Shown: in pieces, positions 9,855 through 19,334 of the stretch
Position numbering within the stretch: position 1 is the first letter of the stretch
Layout: each line of letters starts with the position of its first letter
Assembly (NCBI GenBank): GCA_018303945.1
Contig: JAGVXD010000001.1
Location: 2,877 to 66,876, forward strand
Direction: 5' to 3'
From: Candidatus Pacearchaeota archaeon
GTDB taxonomy: Archaea; Nanobdellota; Nanobdellia; Pacearchaeales; GW2011-AR1
DNA length: 64,000 bases
Translations under genes and position numbers: made by a program
Notes under the pieces: generated by a model
The model's input: only the letters and a program-made list of their open reading frames with translations
Told to the model about the DNA's origin: nothing
Databases searched by the model: none

Positions 9855-10679
9855 TTATTTTACACCTCTAATAATCTTTTTTACAAAACTCATTGAAATA
9901 GAATCGCCTGTATCATTAAATTTGACTGCTTTCTTTTCTTCATCAGACAATGTTGACCTAAGATATTCGTTCCATGCTTGAAGTTTTGATTCATCTCCTA
10001 GAAAGTCGCTTTCAAGAAGGTTTTTGGTTGTATAATTAAATATTCCATCATAAACAATTTCAATATCTCTAAATCCTGCTTCTTTTAATTGCTTGAATAT
10101 ATCTGTTTCATGGGAAAAATGTCTATTTTCAACAAAACTATCAAAACCTGCTAATTCGTCTTTCTTTTTCACTAATTCTCTAAAGCAACGGCTCAGTTCT
10201 GGTGTTTGACCAAAAGATTCCCAAATATATATTTCACCATGTTCTTTCAAGGCATTATAGGCATTTTGAATAATTCTCGGTTGGTCATTCTTTGGTACTT
10301 CATGTAAACCCATTTTAATAACTGCCTTGTCAAGAATATTTTCAAGGGATAGACATCTAGCATCTTCTACTCTCTTTTGGACTGCGTATCCTTGAAGTTC
10401 ATATGGAGCAAGATACGAAGTAGATTTGTTTATTTGCTCTTCATATGCATCAGTCAAAATAACTCGGACATAGAGATTGTTTTTAGAGCAATAGTCTAAT
10501 ACCTTTCTAGATACCGCACCATACCCAGACATAATATCGCCCATAGTCATTCCGTTTTTCAGATTCATTGACTCTATCAATTTATCAAAGGCTTCATCCT
10601 CGTTTCCATGAGCTTTGCTAAAGTCAACATTTCTTTGATTCCATCCTTGATGTTTTGTCTTCTGTTCCATATTAGTCAC
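9855..10679 (-). CDS. Class I SAM-dependent methyltransferase
   Basis: DIMSGYGAVS motif I, then LTDA, EDAR, MGLHEV and ALKxxGxIYIWE. Confidence 0.85.
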   Translation of the reverse strand: MTNMEQKTKHQGWNQRNVDFSKAHGNEDEAFDKLIESMNLKNGMTMGDIMSGYGAVSRKVLDYCSKNNLYVRVILTDAYEEQINKSTSYLAPYELQGYAVQKRVEDARCLSLENILDKAVIKMGLHEVPKNDQPRIIQNAYNALKEHGEIYIWESFGQTPELSRCFRELVKKKDELAGFDSFVENRHFSHETDIFKQLKEAGFRDIEIVYDGIFNYTTKNLLESDFLGDESKLQAWNEYLRSTLSDEEKKAVKFNDTGDSISMSFVKKIIRGVK

Positions 10680-10717
10680 TTAATAGTAATTACAGAAAAC
10701 AACATATAAAGCATGTG

Positions 10718-10733
10718 TGTCTAATAATAGACA
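10718..10733. promoter_or_regulatory. Palindromic operator TGTCTA-N4-TAGACA between divergent TATA boxes
   Basis: Perfect 6-bp inverted repeat between the methyltransferase and TrmB-family promoters. Confidence 0.55.
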
Positions 10734-10764
10734 ACTTTAAATATTGCATAAACGTTAATCTTCT

Positions 10765-11469
10765 ATGGAGGATATGATACTGACAGACCTCGGCTTAACT
10801 GAAGCAGAATCCAAGATTTACTTTGCCGTACTCAAATTGAAAACTTGTACGGTTCGAGATATAACAAAGGAATGTGGTTTTCATAGAACAAACATCTATG
10901 ATATACTAGAACAATTAAGAGAAAAAGGTCTTATTTCAATACATAAAGAAGGAAAGACAACAAGGTATAGTGCATCTGACCCGAATAATCTATATGAATT
11001 ATTGAGAGAGAAAAAGGAGCTCCTGGATTCAATTTTTCCATCATTAGAGAAGTTTTACAAATCATCTTCTGATGAAATAAAAGTCGAAGTCTTCAAAGGT
11101 GATGAAGGTATGAAATCCGCATGGAGAGATATGATTCGTGAAGGAAAGCCACTTTATGGTTTCGGGATTAAAGGTCAACTAAGAGAAAAATTACCCGTGT
11201 TTGCTGAACAATGGCTAAGAGATGTGAAAAATAAGAAAATACCTTATTATGGCATTTATACAAAAAGAGGAAATCTCCCATCATATTACACACAAGTTAA
11301 ATTCGTTTCAGAGGAATTATCTAGCCCAGTTGCTACTTTTATCTATGGGGATAAGATAAATATAAACATCTGGGATCCAACACTAGTTTGCATTGTAATT
11401 AAATCAAAGCTAGTAGCTGAAATGTATAAGAAACATTTTGACTTATTATGGAAGATAGCTAAAAAGTGA
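10765..11469 (+). CDS. TrmB-family transcriptional regulator
   Basis: LGLTEAESKIY...HRTNIYDILEQLREKGLI wHTH plus a PLD-like effector domain ending KHFDLLWK. Confidence 0.9.
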   Translation: MEDMILTDLGLTEAESKIYFAVLKLKTCTVRDITKECGFHRTNIYDILEQLREKGLISIHKEGKTTRYSASDPNNLYELLREKKELLDSIFPSLEKFYKSSSDEIKVEVFKGDEGMKSAWRDMIREGKPLYGFGIKGQLREKLPVFAEQWLRDVKNKKIPYYGIYTKRGNLPSYYTQVKFVSEELSSPVATFIYGDKININIWDPTLVCIVIKSKLVAEMYKKHFDLLWKIAKK

Positions 11470-11786
11470 ATATAAAAAAACCTTATCATTCTAACCAATA
11501 ACAGGCTAAATAAAAAAGTTATTAGTATTGTGTGGATAAATCACCCAATTGATTTAAGATGTGTTTTTCCCAATAGAAACGTCTTATAACCAACTATTCT
11601 TAACAAGACACAGATAAATGCCTTATCCACACAAAAATACTTAAATGTGATTCTCTATAGGCTATCTAAGTAATCCTAATAAAAAAATGATATACAAAGA
11701 CTTAAAAGACAAATATTATTCTAAATCATTGAGCGTAAGCTTAGCGTTACCTTTAAACCGCAAGGTTATAGAGGTATCGTTTTCAT

Positions 11787-11858
11787 GGCGGATGTAGTTT
11801 AACGGTAGAACAACGGACTGTGGCTCCGTAGACGAGGGTTCGACTCCCTCCTCCCGCT
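11787..11858 (+). tRNA. tRNA-His(GTG) with encoded G-1 and an imperfect acceptor stem
   Basis: Anticodon arm ACGGA-CTGTGGC-TCCGT; T arm GAGGG-TTCGACT-CCCTC; TATA-like TTTAAA about 30 nt upstream. Confidence 0.85.
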
Positions 11859-11879
11859 CTTTATATTATGTCGGGAACC

Positions 11880-11901
11880 ACCGCACCCTAAAGGGTGCGG
11901 T
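11880..11901. repeat. GC-rich perfect hairpin resembling an IS200/IS605 subterminal palindrome
   Basis: ACCGCACCCT-AA-AGGGTGCGGT just downstream of tRNA-His. Confidence 0.55.
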
Positions 11902-12110
11902 AAACGCAAGGACTTTTTGATGTTGATGAAATTGACACTTGATTACGGGAGAATTGCCTTTAGTCTGCATGGGAAAGTTCCGGCGGACATTTATTTTGCA
12001 TTCGGAAAATTATTTTAAAGGTTGTGACAAATGTCTATGTCCTGTAACATTACTTAAATCATCGCAAGCTTTTTAAACCGAGTTTTGCTTCACTCTTCGT
12101 TAATAGTACC

Positions 12111-12707
12111 ATGTTTTATTTAGTAGAAGTAGAGGATCATATAAGGGTAGAACCAAAACATTTTGGATTGCCTACTAACGAGGCTATTCAGAAACAGTTA
12201 AAAGAGAGTTATGTAAATAAGCACTTTAAGGAGCTTGGATTCATCATAGGGGTTATTTCTGTAGAACATATTGATGATGGAGTTATAATTCCTGGAGACG
12301 GCGCCGCATTCTATCGCTCAATATTCAAGCTTCTTGTCTGGAAACCTGAACTGCATGAATTAGTGCATGGCACAATAGCTGAAATAACCAATTTTGGGGC
12401 GTTTATCCAAGTAGGCCCAGCTCAAGGAATGATTCACATCTCTCAAACTATGGAAGATTATGTATCATTAAGCAAGACTGGCACACTTTCAGGAAAAGCT
12501 TCAAAAAGAAGTATTTCGAAAGACGATGAATGTCTTGCAAGAATAGTCGCTATAAGCTATAAATCTGGAGAGCCAAAAATAGGACTGACGATGCGTCAGC
12601 CTGGATTAGGCAAGCTGGAGTGGCTAAAAGAAGATAAGAAGAAAAAAGAAGCCGGAGCAAAATCTACTGAAAAAAAGGAAAAGAAATCAAAAGGAGAGAA
12701 AAAATAA
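12111..12707 (+). CDS. rpoE1: RNA polymerase subunit E' (Rpo7)
   Basis: IIPGDGAAFY, S1 domain (FGAFIQVG..HISQ), KIGLTMRQPGLGKLEW. Confidence 0.97.
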   Translation: MFYLVEVEDHIRVEPKHFGLPTNEAIQKQLKESYVNKHFKELGFIIGVISVEHIDDGVIIPGDGAAFYRSIFKLLVWKPELHELVHGTIAEITNFGAFIQVGPAQGMIHISQTMEDYVSLSKTGTLSGKASKRSISKDDECLARIVAISYKSGEPKIGLTMRQPGLGKLEWLKEDKKKKEAGAKSTEKKEKKSKGEKK

Positions 12708-12896
12708 ATGGCGCAAAAAATATGTAAGGGATGCAAGTCAATATTTGAAGGGGGCAATGAATGCCCTAATTGTGGCTCTAAGGAGTTCGCAGAAAATTAT
12801 AAAGGCAAAATGGTAATAATAAATCCTGAAAGTTCTGAAATTGCTAAAAATCTTAAACTATCTAAGAAAGGAACATTCGCGGTGAAGCTAGGATGA
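12708..12896 (+). CDS. spt4: Transcription elongation factor Spt4 (RpoE'')
   Basis: CKGC...CPNCGS zinc finger and PESSEIAK; follows rpoE1. Confidence 0.95.
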   Translation: MAQKICKGCKSIFEGGNECPNCGSKEFAENYKGKMVIINPESSEIAKNLKLSKKGTFAVKLG

Positions 12897-13165
12897 AAAT
12901 AACAAGCGAATTAAAGAACAAGTTGCTTATGAGGAAAGAATTAAAGGCAATTGTTGAGTCTGAAAGCAATCCGGGAAAGGTAAAATGCATCTCTTTGTTA
13001 GCTGAAAAATTCAATGTCTCCCCTGAATTAATTGCCTTGAGAAATATATACAGCAATTTTGGCAGAAAAACATTTGACATTGAAGCATTCATATATGACT
13101 CTGCAGAAGATAAAAATAGAACAGAGCCAAGACCTAAAGTGGTAGCAAAGAAGGAGGGGGCATAA
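12893..13165 (+). CDS. rps24e: 30S ribosomal protein S24e
   Basis: NKLLMRKE...FG...IYDS; conserved operon position. Confidence 0.9.
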   Translation: MKITSELKNKLLMRKELKAIVESESNPGKVKCISLLAEKFNVSPELIALRNIYSNFGRKTFDIEAFIYDSAEDKNRTEPRPKVVAKKEGA

Positions 13166-13166
13166 T

Positions 13167-13385
13167 ATGTCTGAAAGAGCGGGTGGAACAGCAAAAGGCG
13201 GAGAAGGTAAGAAGCCGCATAAGAACAAGCCCACAAGCAAGAAATACATTCACTATACTATTTCCGGAGATTCTCTTAAGAAAAAAAAGCACTGTGTCAA
13301 ATGCGGACCCGGGATTTTCCTCGCAGTGCACAAAGACCGTCTTGCCTGTGGCAAATGTCATTATACTGAATTTCTCAATAAATAA
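13167..13385 (+). CDS. rps27ae: 30S ribosomal protein S27ae (eS31)
   Basis: CVKCGPGIFLAVHKDRLACGKCHYTE. Confidence 0.95.
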   Translation: MSERAGGTAKGGEGKKPHKNKPTSKKYIHYTISGDSLKKKKHCVKCGPGIFLAVHKDRLACGKCHYTEFLNK

Positions 13386-13761
13386 ATGTCAAAAAAATTT
13401 GAAGAATTAAATACTTCAGCTCTCTTTTCTTTAAAGAATATGAAATCCTCTTTATCATCCTCTTTTTCCTTCTTCTCCCAGAAAATACCTTATCTCTTAT
13501 GAAAAACCTATAAAACCATACAAAAGTTTAACTCAGTTGTAAACCCATGAAGAGGAGGCCTCATCAATCAAAAAGAGCGATGAAACGTCCTCTTCTGGGA
13601 AAAAAGAGGTGATACTATTCTTAGGTAACTACCCTTTATAAACTTTTCTATATGTTGTAACTATTAAATGAACACATAAATCAAGCTCTTATTCCTAAAG
13701 ATTTTTCAGTATAAATGCATTCAAACAAAAAGACATATAAAGCCTCATCCCTAATTAATAA

Positions 13762-14694
13762 GTGGAAAAAGAAAATGCGCAAGTTCAAGCCGCGCACCCA
13801 AATAAAGTAGGACAAGAACAGATTCATGGATTATTGTTTAGTGATAAGTTAAGTTGGCAGGCAATTATTTATGACCTTATTAATACTGAACAGCTTGACC
13901 CGTGGGACATAAACATTTCGCTCCTATCTGAAAAATTCCTTGAACGTGTTCGAGCTCTGGAAGAAGCAAATTTTTTCATATCGAGTAAAGTTCTTCTTGC
14001 CGCATCGCTTCTTCTTAGAATAAAATCTGAAATTCTTCTGCATGAAGATATACGGAGCCTTGATGCCGTTTTGTTTGGAGAGAAAGAAGAAAAGCATTAT
14101 ATTCAAGAGCGCATAGAACTGGATGAAGAAATACCTGAACTTATAGTACGCACACCCTTGCCTAGATTTAAGAAAGTTACATTGGAAGAGATAATGATTG
14201 CTCTTGGAACTGCTATAAAAACAGAAAATAGAAGAATAAGAAAAGTAATAGTTGCAAAACAACAGGAATTTGAGACAGCCAGCTCTCTTCCTAAGCAAAG
14301 AATAAACGTTCAGGACAAAATAAAAGAAGTGTATAGAAAACTTGAAGATATATTTAAGAAGAGAAAAGATAGGCTGTCCTTGAGTGAACTGGCTGGAAAA
14401 ACAAACGAGGAGAAGATAGCTACATTCATACCTCTATTGCATCTGGATAATCAGCATAAAGTCTGGCTTGAGCAGGAAGGACACTGCGAGGAAATATGGA
14501 TTTGGCTTAAGAATCTATATGAAAAAGCAAATGCTGAAGAACTGGCAAAGCTAGAAAAAGAAGTGGAAGCAGAATTAACTAAAATCAAGGAAGAGGAGAG
14601 AGAGGAGAAAATAGAAGAGGAAGAAGAGACTATTCAGGACCGTTTTTTAGACAAAAGAATAAAAGAATCTACTGAAGAAGATAGCCAGATTTAA
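13762..14694 (+). CDS. scpA: Segregation and condensation protein A (kleisin)
   Basis: LDPWDINI, LLAASLLLRIKS, KVTLEE, and C-terminal winged helix TFIPLLHL...VWLEQ...EIWI. Confidence 0.92.
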   Translation: MEKENAQVQAAHPNKVGQEQIHGLLFSDKLSWQAIIYDLINTEQLDPWDINISLLSEKFLERVRALEEANFFISSKVLLAASLLLRIKSEILLHEDIRSLDAVLFGEKEEKHYIQERIELDEEIPELIVRTPLPRFKKVTLEEIMIALGTAIKTENRRIRKVIVAKQQEFETASSLPKQRINVQDKIKEVYRKLEDIFKKRKDRLSLSELAGKTNEEKIATFIPLLHLDNQHKVWLEQEGHCEEIWIWLKNLYEKANAEELAKLEKEVEAELTKIKEEEREEKIEEEEETIQDRFLDKRIKESTEEDSQI

Positions 14695-15934
14695 TATGTT
14701 TGACGAAAACATTAATTACCTGCTTTTCAGATAAATACTTCTCTTCTCCTGAAACCATGTTTTTAAGTTTGAATTTCTTTTTTGCGACTTCTTCGTCGCC
14801 AATAAATATTACATATGGAATCTTTAATGAATTTGCATACTCTAAGGCTTTCCCGGGCTTGCCTGAAGAAGTAATGCAGTTTATTCCTTCTGTCCTTAGT
14901 GCCTTAGCCAATTTTCTCATCTGGCTATCGCGATTTAAAGAAATTACTGAAGCAACTATTGAATCTGGAATATTAACTTTTGCTAAATCGCTCACTCTCT
15001 CTAATCCGAAAGAAATTCCTACTGCAGGTATTTCACGATTGACATACTTTCCTACAACCCGGTCATATCTACCTCCTGCAGCAATAGTTATATTTCCTCC
15101 GTTTTGTTTTACTTCGAAAATATTCCCAGTATAATATCCCAATCCTCTAATCATGCTTGGAGTAAAGAAAATTTTAACTCCATATTGCCTGCATTTTTTT
15201 TCTAACTGTTCAAGTTCGGCGGCACCATCGAAAGCATTACTTATAAAAAATGATAAATCCTTCTCCAGAAGCTTAAACAATGTAATCACTTGATTAGTAT
15301 CTGCAAACTTTTTAAGATTAGCCTTGACTAAATCTTCTCCAATTTTATCAAGCTTATCAAGTTCTCGCATGACTTGATTTACATCACCTATCTGAACGCT
15401 TTCAATTAGTGAATTAATCAGTTTCCTATTATTCACACATATTCTAGCTTCAATGCCTAGTTCTTTTACAATATCGCTAAGCATTGCAAGAAGTTCTGCG
15501 TCAGAATCTACACTGCTCTCTCCAACTACATCTGCGTCACACTGTGTAAACTGTCTGAATCTTCCTGGACCTATTGGCTCATCCCTGAAAACCTCTCCGA
15601 TTTGATAGCGTTTAAAAGGAAGTTTGATATTCGGATTCTGTTTGAATATCCTTGACAGCTGAAAAGTAAATTCGTATCTTAAACCTAGATTTCTTCCCCC
15701 CCTATCTCTTAATCTAAATCTGTCGGATACGGCCTCATCTGCTGGCTCAAGATTGTCCGGCTTCATTATCTCGTCGAATTCTATTACTGGGGTCTCAATA
15801 GGAAGAAAACCGTACAATTTGAAATGTTTTTCTATAATCTCCTTGACAAACCTTCTCCTTACAGATTCCGGAGGCAAGTAGTCCTGAAATCCCTTTACTG
15901 TATCAACTTCTACTAGCATATATTTCTGATACAA
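14669..15934 (-). CDS. hisS: Histidine--tRNA ligase
   Basis: VKGFQDYLP, LRYEFT, FRDE..GRFRQFTQCD, RGLGYYTG, GGRYD, GISFGLER. Confidence 0.97.
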   Translation of the reverse strand: MYQKYMLVEVDTVKGFQDYLPPESVRRRFVKEIIEKHFKLYGFLPIETPVIEFDEIMKPDNLEPADEAVSDRFRLRDRGGRNLGLRYEFTFQLSRIFKQNPNIKLPFKRYQIGEVFRDEPIGPGRFRQFTQCDADVVGESSVDSDAELLAMLSDIVKELGIEARICVNNRKLINSLIESVQIGDVNQVMRELDKLDKIGEDLVKANLKKFADTNQVITLFKLLEKDLSFFISNAFDGAAELEQLEKKCRQYGVKIFFTPSMIRGLGYYTGNIFEVKQNGGNITIAAGGRYDRVVGKYVNREIPAVGISFGLERVSDLAKVNIPDSIVASVISLNRDSQMRKLAKALRTEGINCITSSGKPGKALEYANSLKIPYVIFIGDEEVAKKKFKLKNMVSGEEKYLSEKQVINVFVKHIKSGYLLQ

Positions 15935-15967
15935 TAAGTATATAAAAATGCTTTGCTATTGATAATT

Positions 15968-16504
15968 CTAAGACTTATTGCTGAATGAAACTTTGGTTGC
16001 GCAAGGAAGTTTGGCTTTTATTACATTAAGCATATCCCGTGCTAATCGCGCGGCTTTCTCGTTTGAACATGATATAAAAAATATCTCCTGCCCGGCATTG
16101 ACTATTGCCGCCCGCCCGATAACTACGCCATAAGAATGAGTCATTCCGGTAGAAATACGGTCTGCTCCAGCTCCAGCACTAAGTTTGTTCTCTCTAAGAA
16201 TATGGTGGGGATATACTTTCAAAGCTAGATAATACTGTCCAAGTATCTGTTCATCTAAAATCTTTGTAAGGTACATTCTGCAAGATTCAAGAGCATTGTC
16301 TCTTATCTGCGTCTTCTGATTAGCAATAATTCTTACAAAAAAAGAATGCTTGCCTGCTCGATAGTCTTCAGCGGCTCCCTGATGAAATTTAGCAATTTTG
16401 CTTCCTGGTACGGTCTTTATATATGCCCTATTCTTATTTCTGGATTTTCTTGTAAACGGGCGGGCTTTTTTCTTAGAATAAGCTGATGCTTTTCTCAATG
16501 CCAT
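15968..16504 (-). CDS. rpl10e: 50S ribosomal protein L10e (uL16)
   Basis: QIRDNALESCR and YPHHILRENK...AGADRISTGM. Start placed at MALRK (16504). Confidence 0.96.
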   Translation of the reverse strand: MALRKASAYSKKKARPFTRKSRNKNRAYIKTVPGSKIAKFHQGAAEDYRAGKHSFFVRIIANQKTQIRDNALESCRMYLTKILDEQILGQYYLALKVYPHHILRENKLSAGAGADRISTGMTHSYGVVIGRAAIVNAGQEIFFISCSNEKAARLARDMLNVIKAKLPCATKVSFSNKS

Positions 16505-16505
16505 A

Positions 16506-16760
16506 TTAATCTGCTCCCCCTCTCGCAGGAGAAATAAAAAATTCTGGTGAAGAATCAGGAGGAAGTTTGATAGATGCGACAGCAGAACGAACTTGTCGTG
16601 CAGTAAGTCCGTTTTCACGCAAATATTCTGTGTCTAGTCTTAAGACTAGAGAGTATCGCTCTCCCTCCCGCAAATCATCCAAATCTAAAAAAAGAGGAGT
16701 TTCAGGTGCACTGCCAACATGAGTATCTGCGTCATAAACATAATTAAATAAATAAGCCAT
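16506..16760 (-). CDS. Hypothetical protein
   Basis: Tightly packed between rpl35ae and rpl10e on the same strand. Confidence 0.55.
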   Translation of the reverse strand: MAYLFNYVYDADTHVGSAPETPLFLDLDDLREGERYSLVLRLDTEYLRENGLTARQVRSAVASIKLPPDSSPEFFISPARGGAD

Positions 16761-17059
16761 TATTTCTTGCCTCCGGATTTCTTTTCGCTCTCCCCTATAA
16801 TAACATCCGTAGTAATTGCCTGTCCTGGCAAACCCCTCTCAAATATAGCTCTTACCAGCCCCTTATTGCCGTGTGCCGCCCGTATTGTCCCAACTATCTC
16901 TTTTCCAGCCGGACTCTTCCATTTTACTTCTTTGCCGACTAGCTTCTCTGCATCTGCTCTGCTTGACATACCGGCGTCTATTAGAAAATGCCTTTCATGT
17001 ATTCTTTTTCTTCCCCTTCTAAATTGGACAATCATGCCATTCATTAAATTTTCTAGCAA
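16760..17059 (-). CDS. rpl35ae: 50S ribosomal protein L35Ae (eL33)
   Basis: GTIRAAHGNKGLVRAIFERGLPGQA. Confidence 0.95.
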   Translation of the reverse strand: MLENLMNGMIVQFRRGRKRIHERHFLIDAGMSSRADAEKLVGKEVKWKSPAGKEIVGTIRAAHGNKGLVRAIFERGLPGQAITTDVIIGESEKKSGGKK

Positions 17060-17142
17060 TATGGCTTTTTAAAGGTTATTGCCTCATCTAATTATTTACT
17101 TCGGAGAGTAAAGATTAAATACAAGCCATTATACCTTAATTT

Positions 17143-17655
17143 ATGATTGAAACTGCATATAGAAGTCTTTTAGAGAATTCCGATTTGTACAAAAACTTCA
17201 CCGCAGAGCGTGAAGAAATCCTGAAGCATAAATGGATTGAATCTGAAAAAGTCGGACGTGACGTTGGTTATGAATGGGCTTTAACTGACTGGATTATAAG
17301 ACATCGGCACGGATGGAGAAAAAATATAAATTTCTCTCGCAATATGGTTCATTTAAAAGAAAGGGGAATAGATGTAAGGATTTACAAAGACAAAAGAGAA
17401 TTTTATGGGATAAAACCTGCGACAAATGAAGAATACAAATGTCCTCCTGAATTGATAGAAATTGTCGGGCATTTTACTATTGGAGATGATAATACTCTTA
17501 GACGTGCTGAAAAACCCAACTCTTCACCCATTATAGCGGGTGTTTTTTTAGATGAATACCTCTTCAAGAAAAAGGATTCGTATAAAATCCATTTGATTGG
17601 AGGTTATGAGATGGCTGTTGAAGGATCTAAAAAAGAATTGTGTATGATCCAATAA
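17143..17655 (+). CDS. Protein with N-terminal DUF4032-like domain
   Basis: EREEILKHKWIESEKVGRDVG..WALTDW. Confidence 0.6.
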   Translation: MIETAYRSLLENSDLYKNFTAEREEILKHKWIESEKVGRDVGYEWALTDWIIRHRHGWRKNINFSRNMVHLKERGIDVRIYKDKREFYGIKPATNEEYKCPPELIEIVGHFTIGDDNTLRRAEKPNSSPIIAGVFLDEYLFKKKDSYKIHLIGGYEMAVEGSKKELCMIQ

Positions 17656-17726
17656 TTTACTGTTCAAAAAAAGATTTATTAACCGGTTTATTTTAACATG
17701 CCTGATGGAAAAAGGAGAAATCTAAA

Positions 17727-18500
17727 ATGGCTGTAATCTTTGGACCTGCAGGACTTGGCCCAGTCAAGACCTCTGCTAAAATCCTTTCTCAATATAATTC
17801 TCACGGACTTAAAGCTTGCGAGATAGCTTTTACTTATAATTGCTATATCAAACCGCCTGAAACGCCGTTAATAAGAGAAAAAGCAAAAGAGTTGGGAATT
17901 GATTTAAGCATACACGCACAATACTGGGTAAACTTAAACGCTAAAGAAGAAGAAAAAAGAGAAGCCACAAAAAAAAGAATCCTGCAATGCTGTGAGATTG
18001 GAGAGCTTTTGGAAGCAAAGGTTGTTGTTTTTCATCCTGGATATTACACTGATAATAAAGAAGATAGCTATCAGACAATTAAGAAAGGCGTAAAGGAGAT
18101 TATGGAAGAGATTAAAAAAAGAGGGTGGAAAATAAAAATAGCTCCTGAAACAATGGGTAAAATTAACGTCTTTGGAAGTATGGAAGAAATATCTCGCTTG
18201 GCAAAAGAGACAGGATGTTCCTTTTGCATTGATTTTGCGCATATTCTGGCAAGAGATAAAAAAATTGATTATAAAAAGATAGAAAATCTCTTTCCACAGG
18301 AAGAATGGCACGTTCATTTTTCAGGCATTGTTTATGGAGAAAAGGGAGAAAAACATCATATAACAACCACTAAAGAAGCATGGAAAGAATTGTTGAAAAA
18401 CATCCCCCTGAAAAAAAACATAAGGATTATTAATGAATCGCCCTCTATGATTGATGATAGCATAGAAGGATTGAATATCTGGAAGAAAATGCAATTCTAG
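17727..18500 (+). CDS. nfo: Endonuclease IV / AP endonuclease family 2 (TIM barrel)
   Basis: SIHAQYWVNL, FHPG, PETMGK..FG, CIDFAH, HVHFSGI, INESP. Confidence 0.9.
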   Translation: MAVIFGPAGLGPVKTSAKILSQYNSHGLKACEIAFTYNCYIKPPETPLIREKAKELGIDLSIHAQYWVNLNAKEEEKREATKKRILQCCEIGELLEAKVVVFHPGYYTDNKEDSYQTIKKGVKEIMEEIKKRGWKIKIAPETMGKINVFGSMEEISRLAKETGCSFCIDFAHILARDKKIDYKKIENLFPQEEWHVHFSGIVYGEKGEKHHITTTKEAWKELLKNIPLKKNIRIINESPSMIDDSIEGLNIWKKMQF

Positions 18501-18509
18501 GTTCAATTA

Positions 18510-18917
18510 TCACCTAGAGGTTAATTTTTTGTTCGGCTCAACATATCTAATACTGCTCTCAATTTTTGTCAGTTGTTTAAAAACTTCTCGTGCCTGCTCA
18601 TTGCTGTATCCTATTACAGCCAGATAATCAGAAAGGCGAGTTTCTAAAAGAGACACCGTGTATTTCTTTCTTTTATCTTTAAGACTGGGCAGAGAAGCCC
18701 ATGTCTCAGGCAATTCAAGTTTAGAATGAACAAATGAATATGTCACGATAAAGTTTACTTCCCATATTGGAGATAAAACTCTTGCAATTTCTTTCAAACT
18801 ATGACTGCTATTTAAACGGGTTTGTTTAACAGGGTAAAGTGTCTGTTGAGCTTGATACTTAAGATCTCTATATTTCTCTTCTTCTGGAAGTATACCAATG
18901 GGGTTGTATGTTGTCAT
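18510..18917 (-). CDS. Hypothetical protein
   Basis: 135-aa ORF with a TATA-like element upstream. Confidence 0.55.
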   Translation of the reverse strand: MTTYNPIGILPEEEKYRDLKYQAQQTLYPVKQTRLNSSHSLKEIARVLSPIWEVNFIVTYSFVHSKLELPETWASLPSLKDKRKKYTVSLLETRLSDYLAVIGYSNEQAREVFKQLTKIESSIRYVEPNKKLTSR

Positions 18918-18959
18918 GATATATTATATTTTTTATCCTTATAAGTTTAATCGTCAATC

Positions 18960-19211
18960 TCAAACTTCTTCATTCTTGGTTTTTTCTTCAATTACATTGA
19001 TTAATTTCTCTTTCCTTAAACTATTCTTTCTTTGCTTGTCCAGAATATAGAGCTGTCTCTTTGCCATTTCAGGATTCATCTTGCAAAGATTAAGTATATC
19101 AAGCAGTTTTGATATAATCTCCTCATATGTCTCTCTGGAGTATACCCTAAGACCCTCCAATCTCTTCTTGGTGCTCTTTTTTATCTTTATCGTCGTGGTG
19201 TCTGAATGCAT
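18960..19211 (-). CDS. Small ribbon-helix-helix DNA-binding protein
   Basis: TTTIKIKKSTKKRL...RETYEEII; GGTATA-N6-TATACC palindrome at 19215-19232 just upstream. Confidence 0.7.
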   Translation of the reverse strand: MHSDTTTIKIKKSTKKRLEGLRVYSRETYEEIISKLLDILNLCKMNPEMAKRQLYILDKQRKNSLRKEKLINVIEEKTKNEEV

Positions 19212-19334
19212 TATGGTATACTTGAATATACCTTTATAATCATTTCGTCACTATAAAATAACCTATTAAAGTTGTCACCATAAAGTTTATAAACAGGTTT
19301 AAAGTTTGATTATTAACTAAATTTATACCAAACC

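Noticed and set aside
9699-9896. 65-aa plus-strand ORF
   Set aside because: The opposite strand encodes a more convincing AbrB-like protein (9695-9853).
16505-16618. N-terminal extension of L10e in the ORF track
   Set aside because: It overlaps the upstream ORF; homology starts at MALRK, after an SD-like GAGGGGGAG.
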